DNA from: Dehalococcoidia bacterium
Lineage (GTDB): Bacteria > Chloroflexota > Dehalococcoidia > SZUA-161
Direction: 5' to 3'
NCBI GenBank assembly: GCA_037441825.1
Contig: JBBIRL010000002.1
Span: 1 to 32,676, forward strand
Length of the DNA: 32,676 nt
In this document: positions 17,079 to 25,876 of the stretch, one piece after another
Layout: the number at the start of each line of letters is the position of its first letter
Numbering within the stretch: the stretch's first letter is position 1
Notes under the pieces: generated by a model
Seen by the model: only the letters and a program-made list of their open reading frames with translations
Databases searched by the model: none
Told to the model about the DNA's origin: nothing
Position numbers and translations under genes: made by a program

Positions 17079-18932
17079 TTATTTGTATAGCTTGGCGGCG
17101 AGCTCGGACAGGCCCAGGCTTAGCAGTTTTTCCTTCAAGGGGCGACCCTTGGCGTCCAGGCCCCTGGCCTTGTAGTAGTCTTTCAGCATGAGTTCTACAT
17201 TGGGCACCGAGCCCGCAGCGCCACCGTCGGGGAGGGGAGTCAAAATCCGCTTCGGCATTCGGTCATCTGCGGCTGTAATGCCCATGAGATTGTTCAGACC
17301 CCTTTGAAGCACCCAGATACGCTCTCCACACTCCATGACTTCTTTAAGGTCGTAGTCAAAACCGGTGGCGTCCTTCAGCGCCTCAGCCAGCTCGGTAACG
17401 GTCATGGACATGAGGCCGAACTGGCACATTGTCACTGAATTCGACAGCATGGCTACGTTTTCGCATATGACGTTAAGCTCACCTTTGCCCTCGTCGGCCT
17501 TAGGGTCGTAGCCTCCTGTTATACCAATGTCCGGCCAGGTGGTCCAGCCAGATTCAATTTTGCCTATCTCGGATGCGACGTGGCAGGCGCCACGGTTTGA
17601 CATCACGAAACCGAGGCCATGACCATGAGACCCCCGCGAATCGTATAAAGCATATTCGAGGCCTTTAATCTCCACTGTATAATCTGCCGCATTCTTGCCT
17701 ATCTTTTTAGCGGCACCGCGGCTGCCCTCTGCCAGTACATTGCCGAATCCCTTGCGGTATGTTATCTTCTCCATTATTGTCAGAACGTCTTCTGCGTTCC
17801 CCCACCTCAACTGGCCACCGTCAAGGTCTTTGGAGGTAATGAGTCCCTTCTCGAAGCACTCCATAGCAAAGGCAATAGTGGCCCCGCAGCTAATGCTATC
17901 CATACCATACCGGTTTGCCATCTCATTCATTTTGAGGATGGCTGCCATGTTTTCAATAACCATCAGGGAGCCGAAGGCGCCGATTGTCTCATACTGGGGC
18001 CCCGGTCCCTCTTCAATTGCGTAGGGACCCTCAGCCAGCTTGACTGTTCTCTTGCACGCTATGGGGCATGTGTAGCATGCATGTGGCTTTGTTAGGTAGG
18101 CACCCAGCGCACCTCCGCCGAGAAGCGGCCCCAGCCAGTTGCCGTCGCCCACGGTGTAATTCTTAACCGGCAGGACGCCGGTCATAGCATTTACATCCAC
18201 CCCCATTGCGGTACCGGAGGCTGTGAGTGTCTGCGAGACGATGCTTTCCTTGACCTTAGCCAGAGCATCCTTGCGTATATTCTCGAAAGCTTCCGGATTG
18301 GCAGGCGCTACTTTGCCTGTGCCGCTGATGACAATAGCCTTCAGTTTCTTGGATCCCATCACCGCACCGCCGCCGCAGCGGCTGATCGAGCCCCATTTCG
18401 TATTCATTATGTTGGCAAACTTCACCAAGTTCTCCCCGGCAGGGCCAATCTCCAGTACGTCTGCTTTGTTGCCATGGCGTTTCTTGAGAATATCTGAGGT
18501 TTCATAGATATCTTTTCCCCACAGGTCGGATGCATCCTTAATCTCCACCTTGTCATCTGCTATTACGATATACACAGGCTTCTTGGAGGCGCCTGATATG
18601 GTAATTCCATCGTAGCCTGCCCTTTTCATTTCAGCAGCGAAGTTGCCACCGGCCGAACCCTGCCCCCAGATACCTGTCTGGGGGGATTTAAAGGCTGCCA
18701 GTAAGCGTGAAGTGGTGAAAAAGTTGGTCCCTGACAATGGGCCAGCCATAAGAAAGAGTACGTTCTTGGCAGACAATGGCTCGGTGTTAGGGGGTACACG
18801 GTCGAAGAAGAGCTTTGCTGCAAGCCCGGCCCCTCCGATAAATTTTCGCAGCACGTCGTCTTTTATTTGGGTGGTCTTAACGGCGCCACTGCTCAGGTCT
18901 ATGTCCAGTATCTTGCCTTTATAAGTACCCAT
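17079..18932 (-). CDS. aor: Aldehyde:ferredoxin oxidoreductase (tungsten/molybdopterin AOR family)
   Basis: 617 aa. The AOR-type N-terminus is MGTYKGKILDIDLSSG...FIGGAGLAAKL, and the [4Fe-4S] ligand motif is CYTCPIACKR. ATG start with GAGGAGGGG upstream. Confidence 0.9.
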   Translation of the reverse strand: MGTYKGKILDIDLSSGAVKTTQIKDDVLRKFIGGAGLAAKLFFDRVPPNTEPLSAKNVLFLMAGPLSGTNFFTTSRLLAAFKSPQTGIWGQGSAGGNFAAEMKRAGYDGITISGASKKPVYIVIADDKVEIKDASDLWGKDIYETSDILKKRHGNKADVLEIGPAGENLVKFANIMNTKWGSISRCGGGAVMGSKKLKAIVISGTGKVAPANPEAFENIRKDALAKVKESIVSQTLTASGTAMGVDVNAMTGVLPVKNYTVGDGNWLGPLLGGGALGAYLTKPHACYTCPIACKRTVKLAEGPYAIEEGPGPQYETIGAFGSLMVIENMAAILKMNEMANRYGMDSISCGATIAFAMECFEKGLITSKDLDGGQLRWGNAEDVLTIMEKITYRKGFGNVLAEGSRGAAKKIGKNAADYTVEIKGLEYALYDSRGSHGHGLGFVMSNRGACHVASEIGKIESGWTTWPDIGITGGYDPKADEGKGELNVICENVAMLSNSVTMCQFGLMSMTVTELAEALKDATGFDYDLKEVMECGERIWVLQRGLNNLMGITAADDRMPKRILTPLPDGGAAGSVPNVELMLKDYYKARGLDAKGRPLKEKLLSLGLSELAAKLYK

Positions 18933-18985
18933 TTCCCCTCCTCTGCTTAGAGATAAAGCTTCCTAATGGTATTCAACAACCTATT

Positions 18986-20008
18986 TTAGTAGGGGCCGCG
19001 CTTTAAGTGCTCCTTCAACCTCAGATAAGAAATATAAGTTATATTTTGCTTGCGGTTCACGTATTTCTCCAAGGGAACGAGCTGTTTCCTCTTTCGCTCT
19101 ATTTGATTGCGCACAACCAGGCTCATGGCATTGCTGGCTCCGGAGCCATAGGAAGCAAGCAGTATTGTCTCATCTGGCTTTGCCTTATCCAGAACGTTAG
19201 CCAGGCTGATAAAAGCCGAGCAAGACCCCAGGTCGCCCACAACCGAGGCCAGGGCAGGTGCCAACTGGCCTTTTTGTATCCCCAGCTCTTTTGCGGGCAG
19301 ACTCGGAATCCTCTCATCTGGCTGCGCAAAGACTGCGTAGGTGTAATCTTGAGCCTTCTTGCTCAATTTCCCCAGTAGCCCTTTACAGGCCCCGGCCACG
19401 TGTGTTTGATAGCCGTATTCGCGGTCGAACCTGTAATCAGCCTGGTTCGATACCCATGAGTCTTTGGCTGAACGCCACCTATCCATAAATAGGGTGGCAT
19501 AGGTATCTATATCTTCAATATCTGCTATGGTACCTGTTGTCCCGATAACCATAGCCACAGCCCCGGCGCCGAAGTTGGCATCACCTTCGGTTCCCGGAGC
19601 GGTAGCCCTATCTTCCCCGCCGAGTACAAGACCGCACTTTATCCTTTTGGCGGCTATCGCATCCAGACATCCTAGCACGGCGTTGCCAAGTGAGTTCAGG
19701 GATCCCAGATAATCTATCCTGGTAGTCTCGGGGCGCACGCCCAGTATTTCGCCTATAATCGGCGACACATATTGCTCGATATAGGGTGAAGAAGCAGTGC
19801 CGAAGTATATTGCGCCTATTTGCTCGGGGTTAATGGCTGCATGTCTCATTGCGTTGCCGGCCGCCTCAGCGGCCATGGTTACGACATCCTCATCGGCTCC
19901 GCAAACAGACTTCTCGCCGGGAGCCCAGCTACCCCAGGGTATCGCGATATCCTTTTGTTCAATCCGAAACTTCGGTATGTACACTCCATATCCGATAATA
20001 CCAGCCAC
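18986..20008 (-). CDS. HMG-CoA-synthase-like / KAS-III-like thiolase-fold protein, apparently catalytically degenerate
   Basis: The archaeal-HMGCS-like N-terminus is IIGYGVYIPKFRI...ADEDVVTMAAEAA. The expected nucleophile Cys position reads GS(103)LNSLG, and the expected FHxP His reads FA(228)QP. ATG start with AGGAGG upstream. Confidence 0.75.
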   Translation of the reverse strand: MAGIIGYGVYIPKFRIEQKDIAIPWGSWAPGEKSVCGADEDVVTMAAEAAGNAMRHAAINPEQIGAIYFGTASSPYIEQYVSPIIGEILGVRPETTRIDYLGSLNSLGNAVLGCLDAIAAKRIKCGLVLGGEDRATAPGTEGDANFGAGAVAMVIGTTGTIADIEDIDTYATLFMDRWRSAKDSWVSNQADYRFDREYGYQTHVAGACKGLLGKLSKKAQDYTYAVFAQPDERIPSLPAKELGIQKGQLAPALASVVGDLGSCSAFISLANVLDKAKPDETILLASYGSGASNAMSLVVRNQIERKRKQLVPLEKYVNRKQNITYISYLRLKEHLKRGPY

Positions 20009-20030
20009 ATTTGCCTCCTAAAATGATGTT

Positions 20031-21221
20031 TTACCTGGAACGAGATAGAATGTTAACCACAGCAGCGCCGAACGCAGGCCCGCCTACATTCTGTTGCAGG
20101 CCGATGCCATTCTTGAGTTTCACCTGGCGTTTGTCCGCTTCCTCCCGCAACTGGGTGACGACCTCGAAGATTTGCCCCAGCCCGGTTGCTGCTATCGGGT
20201 GTCCGTGCGCTTTCAAGCCACCGCTGGGGTTGATAGGAAGCTTTCCGTGCATGTCGAACTCGCCATCCTTAAGCTTTTTGGCAGCTTCCCCGCTGCGCGC
20301 AAAACCTACATCCTCAATATCCATCAACTCAGTGTTGGTAAAGCAGTCGTGCAATTCGGCGAAGTCAACATCTTTTGGTTTGATGCCAGCCATTTCGAAG
20401 GCTCCTTTAGCGGCCCTGACCACGGAAGGCTGCGAAACGAAGCTGCTTCTATCCCAAAGCTGGTTGTGGTCTAATCCGGTGTGGCTGCCCCAAACGTAGA
20501 CAGGCTTGTCGGTATATTTCTTAGCCAGGTCAGCACGACATACAATCGCAGCGGCTGCCCCGTCGGTCTGAGGGCAGCAATCGAATAGATGAAGCGGCCA
20601 ACATATGACCGGGCTGTTAAGCACGCGCTCTACAGTTATCTCGAACTGATAGTGTGCATACGGACAAAGGCTCCCGTTATGGTGATTCTTGACAGCTACC
20701 CTGGCGAAGTCCTCCATGGTGTATCCGAGCTCGTGCATCTGCCTGGTAGCATGCATCGCCTGAATCGCTGGCCCGCCCTGTCCCATCATCCAGGAGGGGT
20801 GGTTGCCTGTCTCTGCGCCGCCGCCGCCGCCAGCGCCGCCCAGTGATTCAGCGGAAGGCTTGTCTCTCATTTTCTCTGCGCCGAGTGCGAGCACAACATC
20901 ATAGACTCCTGAAGCCACACCCAGGCAGGCGTTTCTGAAGGTGTCGCCTCCGGTGGGACAGGCATTTTCAATTCTGCTGCAAGACAGGTTAAGGTTGCCG
21001 ATCATGCTTGCCAGAGATTGACCGCCCTGAGCACCCTGACCTATGAAACCTCCGCTCCACTGTCCGAACCAGGCAGCCTTGATTTCTTTGGGGTCTATCC
21101 CCTTTTCAACGTTTTTCAGACAATTTAGATATGCTTCCTGAATCATATTCTCCAGGCTCTTATCGAAAAGCTCTCCGAACTTAATCATTCCCACCCCGAT
21201 GACAGCGACCTTGCCTTTCAT
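20031..21221 (-). CDS. SCP-x/archaeal-type thiolase (acetyl-CoA C-acyltransferase family), copy 1
   Basis: KVAVIGVGMIKFGE, the nucleophile motif ENACPTGG, and NPSGGLKAHGHPIAATG. I prefer ATG 21221, which lies 1 nt after the DUF35 stop with GGAGGAGGG upstream. The track ORF extends to ATG 21263. Confidence 0.85.
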   Translation of the reverse strand: MKGKVAVIGVGMIKFGELFDKSLENMIQEAYLNCLKNVEKGIDPKEIKAAWFGQWSGGFIGQGAQGGQSLASMIGNLNLSCSRIENACPTGGDTFRNACLGVASGVYDVVLALGAEKMRDKPSAESLGGAGGGGGAETGNHPSWMMGQGGPAIQAMHATRQMHELGYTMEDFARVAVKNHHNGSLCPYAHYQFEITVERVLNSPVICWPLHLFDCCPQTDGAAAAIVCRADLAKKYTDKPVYVWGSHTGLDHNQLWDRSSFVSQPSVVRAAKGAFEMAGIKPKDVDFAELHDCFTNTELMDIEDVGFARSGEAAKKLKDGEFDMHGKLPINPSGGLKAHGHPIAATGLGQIFEVVTQLREEADKRQVKLKNGIGLQQNVGGPAFGAAVVNILSRSR

Positions 21222-21222
21222 C

Positions 21223-21627
21223 TTATCCCTCCTCCGCCAGTCTGAATTTGTAACCGTAGACATTGAGCCCTCTATCGGTTAACATCCTGCGGAATACCAT
21301 TTCGACCTTGGTGCCTATTTTGATTTCATCTGGCGAACCGCACTCGGTCATTATCCCACCGTATCTGCCGCCTCCTTCGAGGTCAACGATAACGGGTAAA
21401 ATGGGTGGCTCAAACTGGGGTGGGGGTGCCCAGTTCACGCAAAATGTGTGTATTGTTCCTCTTTGGGGGAGCTTATATTCCTTGAGATTTTGGCTGCCAC
21501 ATTCATGGCATATCTTGGTTCGAGGATAACTGATATGACCACAATCCTGGCACTTGATGCCTACCAGTCTATGGACCTCAGTGTTAAATCGCCAGTACAT
21601 CGGCGATGCAGGTACTGGTTGTGTCAT
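21223..21627 (-). CDS. DUF35-family Zn-ribbon + OB-fold protein (thiolase scaffold, BbsA-like)
   Basis: Rubredoxin-like CQDC...CHEC followed by an OB-fold-length tail. The track start 21633 is a TTG. ATG 21627 has AGGAGG 7 nt upstream. Confidence 0.8.
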   Translation of the reverse strand: MTQPVPASPMYWRFNTEVHRLVGIKCQDCGHISYPRTKICHECGSQNLKEYKLPQRGTIHTFCVNWAPPPQFEPPILPVIVDLEGGGRYGGIMTECGSPDEIKIGTKVEMVFRRMLTDRGLNVYGYKFRLAEEG

Positions 21628-21678
21628 TAGCAAACCTCCTAACTCTATTTTAATACTAAAGCTTCCGCCAAGTTAACT

Positions 21679-22878
21679 TTATCGTGGTAATTCCAGTCCT
21701 CGCATGGCGATGACATTTCGCTGAATCTCGGATGTGCCTCCTCCTATATTTATGCTGATACATTCCTGGTAGGCGCTTTCAAACCTGCCCCTGAGAGGCG
21801 CCCATTTAGAGCCAGCCTTCACTTGACCATAGAGACCGAGAATCCGGGAGCCGGCATAGGCCAGGCGCTGTCCCAGCTCACTTCCGTAGACTTTACCTGT
21901 ACAGGCTGTAACAGCGGCCGGAATCATAAACGCCTCCCCTTTCTGCTGAAGCCAGGCTACCTTGTAGGAGAGAGCAAGACCCACCTCCACGTCGATAGTC
22001 AATTGCGTCAGAAGTTGGCGAACCAGAGGCTGTTCCGAAAGGCACTTACCATTTCGTTTGGTTTCTTTACAATACTCTATAAGCTCCTCGAGGTTTCGTT
22101 TGGCCTCTGCCATGAATCCTATGCTCGATCTTTCAAAGTTCATGGTCATCAGGCTGACATACCAACCCCTGTTCTCATCTCCCACCATGTTCTCTTTAGG
22201 TACTTTGACATCGTCGAAGTACATTTCGTTGAACATGTGCGTGCTATTCAAAGCCTTCACAGGGCGGAGATTGATACCTGGCGAACTCATATCCACGAGA
22301 AAGAACGAAAGGCCTCGATGCCGGGGTTGCTCTGGGTCTGTCCTTGCCAGCATAAAGCACCATTGAGCGCGATGCGCACCACTTGTCCAGGTCTTCTGCC
22401 CATTGATGATATAGTAGTCTCCGTTCCTGACGGCCCTCGTCTTCAGCGAAGCCAGGTCGGAGCCGGCGTTGGGTTCGCTCCAGCCCTGGCACCACATAAT
22501 CTCACCGTGGGCTATGGGTGGCAGATGCTGCTGTTTCTGCTCCTCGTTACCTGACGCAAGAAGGGTGGGCGCGAGCATTCCCACGCCCTGTACGTCTATG
22601 CCCGGTGCCCTGTAGTACGCTTTAGCCGCAGTGAACAGGAGTTGCTCCATGATAGGCGCTGCCTGCCCGCCGTATTGTCTGGGCCAGGGGCGGGAGAGCC
22701 ATCCTCTCTCTCCGAGCCTCCTCGCCATATAGCGATGGAAGTCCCATGCCTCATCGTTATCATAGATGTTTTCTGCCCCCCGAGGTGGCGCCTTTTTCAT
22801 CTCCTCTCTGAAGAAATTCTCGAATTCCGCCTTTAACGCTTCTTGCTCAGGAGTGAGACGGAAATCCAATATGACCAC
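21679..22878 (-). CDS. Acyl-CoA dehydrogenase
   Basis: The N-terminus DFRLTPEQEALK is typical of the family, and GGGTSEIQRNVIA holds the C-terminal catalytic Glu region. The start is uncertain: GTG 22878, or TTG 22869 giving MDFRLTPEQ. Confidence 0.85.
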   Translation of the reverse strand: MVILDFRLTPEQEALKAEFENFFREEMKKAPPRGAENIYDNDEAWDFHRYMARRLGERGWLSRPWPRQYGGQAAPIMEQLLFTAAKAYYRAPGIDVQGVGMLAPTLLASGNEEQKQQHLPPIAHGEIMWCQGWSEPNAGSDLASLKTRAVRNGDYYIINGQKTWTSGAHRAQWCFMLARTDPEQPRHRGLSFFLVDMSSPGINLRPVKALNSTHMFNEMYFDDVKVPKENMVGDENRGWYVSLMTMNFERSSIGFMAEAKRNLEELIEYCKETKRNGKCLSEQPLVRQLLTQLTIDVEVGLALSYKVAWLQQKGEAFMIPAAVTACTGKVYGSELGQRLAYAGSRILGLYGQVKAGSKWAPLRGRFESAYQECISINIGGGTSEIQRNVIAMRGLELPR

Positions 22879-22899
22879 CCCCTTCTAAGTCTTGTTTAC

Positions 22900-24069
22900 T
22901 CAAAGCCCGACAATGCAGACGCTGACTGTGGGCGCCAGGGGCTCGTGTCCCATATTGTGAGCAAGTCCCAACTTGGGATTCTTTATCTGACGTTTGCCTG
23001 CTCTGCCCTGAAGCTGAAGGTAGAGCTCATACAGCATCCTTATCCCTGATGCGCCGATGGGATGGCCGAAGCACTTCAAGCCTCCGTCTGGCTGCACCGG
23101 CAGGGCGCCGCTGAGTTCAAAAATCCCTGCATCGATGTCGTCTTTGACCTTTCCCCTTGGGCTGAACTGGAGGTCCTCCATCGTAACAGCCTCAGTGATG
23201 GAGAAACAGTCGTGTACCTCTGCCATGCTTATTTCCTTGCGAGGGTTCTTAATTCCCGCTTCTTTGTAAGCCGCCATGCCGGCCCGGTATCCTTCTTCTA
23301 CATGGGTGAAATCGTAGTCTGTAGTTACGCGGCCGGAGGTAGGACTGGCACATATCTGTAGAGCCTTGATATATACCGGATCCGGACGGAATTTTTTAGC
23401 TATATCGGCACGGGTGATAATGGCAGCGGCGCCGCCATCGGAAACGCCGCAACAATCGAACAGGCCAAGAGGCCAGGCGATGATAGGAGCATTCAGCACC
23501 CGCTCCACGGTTAGCACATTTCTCAGATGGGCCTTGGGATTCAAGGAGCCGTTATAATGACTCTTCACAGATATCTTGGCCAGCATAGTTTTGCCTTCTT
23601 GAGGACTCAAACCATAACGATGGAAGTACTTGGTTGCCATCATGGCGAACATGCCCGGCATGGTCGCTACGGCATGAGTATGAGTCATATTATCCATGCC
23701 TGGCAGACCACTCATTCCCTCATCCTTGATTTTCTCAAAACCAACGGCAAGAACGATATCGTAAATGCCGGCAGCCACAGAATAGGAGGCATTTCTCACA
23801 GCATCGTGTCCGGAGGCGCAGGCGTTTACTACGTGGCTGACAGGGATGTATTGTAACCTCAGCGGCTCGCTGACGGAGCGCCCTCCGTGTCCGCTGAAAA
23901 TACTGCCCGCCCAGGCAGCCTCGATATCCTTAATCTCAATGCCGGCATCGGCTACGGCCTCATTAACAGCTTCCACAATAAGGTCGCTGGGGCCCTTGCC
24001 CCACAATTCACCAAACCGGGTGCAGCCCATACCTACAATGGCAACCCGGTCTTTAATGCTCCCTGACAT
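22900..24069 (-). CDS. SCP-x/archaeal-type thiolase, copy 2
   Basis: RVAIVGMGCTRFGE, NACASGHDA, and QPDGGLKCFGHPIGASG. ATG start with AGGAGG upstream. Confidence 0.85.
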   Translation of the reverse strand: MSGSIKDRVAIVGMGCTRFGELWGKGPSDLIVEAVNEAVADAGIEIKDIEAAWAGSIFSGHGGRSVSEPLRLQYIPVSHVVNACASGHDAVRNASYSVAAGIYDIVLAVGFEKIKDEGMSGLPGMDNMTHTHAVATMPGMFAMMATKYFHRYGLSPQEGKTMLAKISVKSHYNGSLNPKAHLRNVLTVERVLNAPIIAWPLGLFDCCGVSDGGAAAIITRADIAKKFRPDPVYIKALQICASPTSGRVTTDYDFTHVEEGYRAGMAAYKEAGIKNPRKEISMAEVHDCFSITEAVTMEDLQFSPRGKVKDDIDAGIFELSGALPVQPDGGLKCFGHPIGASGIRMLYELYLQLQGRAGKRQIKNPKLGLAHNMGHEPLAPTVSVCIVGL

Positions 24070-24081
24070 ATCTTGCCTCCT

Positions 24082-25530
24082 TTAACACCTTATGGGGCGA
24101 GCCTTCCAGTAATAGCTGGTGATACCCCGGTCGACGAAGACCTTCCTGAAAGTCATCTCCACCTTCATCCCCACCTTAACATCATCCGGGTTCCGGTCGG
24201 TAAGGTCGAACAACATCCTACCACCGTCTTCGAAGTCGATCAGCACTACAGAAGAGGGCGGGTCAGCAGCCGGCGCCAGTTGGTCCAGGGTGTAGCTGAA
24301 CACAGTAGCCTTCTTTCTGGAGAAGTCATAGTCGTCGAAGTCATCCACTGCCCCGCATACCGCACAGACGCGGATAGGTGTTGTAGTAATGCCTCCGTTA
24401 TCATACTGAGGTGTCTTACAGCGCCTGCATTTGATTCCCCAGAGCCCCAGGAGGTCTTTTCTCTGCCTCCAGTTGGCTGCTACGGATATGTGTCCTCTCT
24501 CAGGACGCCTCGCTTGGTCGAGGGGGACGATTTCACGCCAGCGGAGGTAGTCATTATAGTTGTTCATCATATGTTTTGACTCGAGATGCTTGGCAAATCC
24601 ACGGCGCTCCCCCAGCTTCTTTATGGCATCGGTTACCTGCAACACAAATGCATCGGCCCCATTCCCGTAGCCAGCGAAGAGGATTTTATCTCCAGGCTCA
24701 GCTTGTTCCAGAGCGCTTACCAGCATCACGAAGGACATGGCAGATCCCAGAAGTCCTACATTCATAAAGATGCCCGCCGGGTCAAGTAATTGAGTGGGTT
24801 CAAAGCCTAGCTCCGCTGCTACCCGGCCATGCCTCCTGACGTCACCGGGCGGGTCGAAGACCACCTTGGCGAAGTCCTTGGGCTCGAGGCCGCTTTTCTT
24901 CATCAGCCCTGATAACGCCTCGGGCATGACCTTAGAGTAGCTTTCGTCCATCATCATGCGGTCTTCCCAGGAACGAATGAAAGTATCGGTTTCGCTCCGC
25001 CAGGTTGCTGCCAGCTCGTCAGAGATCGAGTAGCTGTCCAAAATCTCGGCGATAACATTCTTCTTGCCCAGAAGTAGGGCGCCTGCACTGTCACCCAGTG
25101 CCTGCTCGTTTATACCTGACGGGGCAGCCATGCGGGTATCGGAGGCGGTTACCAGCATACTGTTTGTTCTTTTAGCCTTTATAGCATCTAGAGCGAATCC
25201 CAGGGCAGTTGCCCCAGAGCGTGGTGAGCCTGTGATATCTGCCGTTGGGATATCCCGGCGCAGGTGTAGCGCCAGGGCCATCGTGGCTGAGCATAGCTTC
25301 TCCTTGTATGGAGATGTAGTAGTTGCAAAGAGGAGGCCGTCAACTGTAGAGGGGTCTATATCTCTCAGGCAATCTATAGCTGCTTCCACAGCCATGGTCA
25401 CGCTATCCTCGTCATAGTAAGCGATCGCCCTTTCTCCAGGTATAGCAAAGCCTCCCCATGCCTTGGCAAAATTCTGTCGGTCTATGCGTTGCCAGGGGAT
25501 ATAGGCACCATACGAGGTTATGCCTATCAT
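24082..25530 (-). CDS. Fusion protein with an HMG-CoA-synthase-like thiolase-fold domain (N-terminal, about 340 aa) and a DUF35 Zn-ribbon/OB-fold domain (C-terminal). First gene of block 1.
   Basis: The N-terminus is ITSYGAYIPWQRI...YDEDSVTMAVEAA. The Cys position reads GS(102)PRSG and the FHxP position reads FD(226)PP. The C-terminus has CRRC...CAVCG followed by an OB-fold-like VEMTFRKVF. ATG start with AGGAG upstream. Confidence 0.8.
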   Translation of the reverse strand: MIGITSYGAYIPWQRIDRQNFAKAWGGFAIPGERAIAYYDEDSVTMAVEAAIDCLRDIDPSTVDGLLFATTTSPYKEKLCSATMALALHLRRDIPTADITGSPRSGATALGFALDAIKAKRTNSMLVTASDTRMAAPSGINEQALGDSAGALLLGKKNVIAEILDSYSISDELAATWRSETDTFIRSWEDRMMMDESYSKVMPEALSGLMKKSGLEPKDFAKVVFDPPGDVRRHGRVAAELGFEPTQLLDPAGIFMNVGLLGSAMSFVMLVSALEQAEPGDKILFAGYGNGADAFVLQVTDAIKKLGERRGFAKHLESKHMMNNYNDYLRWREIVPLDQARRPERGHISVAANWRQRKDLLGLWGIKCRRCKTPQYDNGGITTTPIRVCAVCGAVDDFDDYDFSRKKATVFSYTLDQLAPAADPPSSVVLIDFEDGGRMLFDLTDRNPDDVKVGMKVEMTFRKVFVDRGITSYYWKARPIRC

Positions 25531-25553
25531 GGAAATCTCCTTTCAACCGCCTA

Positions 25554-25575
25554 ACAAGGGGCTCAAGCCCCTTGT
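25554..25575 (-). promoter_or_regulatory. 5'-UTR stem-loop (ACAAGGGGC-TCAA-GCCCCTTGT; 9-bp stem, 4-nt loop), about 24 nt upstream of the block 1 start codon
   Basis: A perfect inverted repeat read directly from the sequence. No U-tract follows on either strand. Its function is unknown. Confidence 0.4.
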
Positions 25576-25703
25576 CTACCTCAGCACTTCTGCGTTCACT
25601 GACTGCTGGCCCTATGTGTTATCTGGGTTATCGTCTTAGTGTCCTAATTTCCTAACTCTGAGGATAAAACCTTGACCAGCCTCTGAATATAGTGTTGGTA
25701 CTT

Positions 25704-25731
25704 ATTTTATCCCACTGCTCTTTCCTGACAA
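25704..25731 (-). promoter_or_regulatory. Candidate sigma70-type promoter for block 1 (TTGTCA-N16-TAAAAT on the minus strand)
   Basis: The reverse complement reads aacagTTGTCAggaaagagcagtgggaTAAAATaagtacc. It rests on a hexamer match only. Confidence 0.3.
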
Positions 25732-25876
25732 CTGTTAAGGGGTAACACTATATAAGGTAGTGGTGGCATGGTGTAGACAACAGTGTTGACACCTGACATA
25801 ATAGTGTCAGTGAGTATAAGATAACTAAATGCTTCTAGCAAGAGTGAGCGAGCAGCGGTCTGGGAGGAGAAAACGT

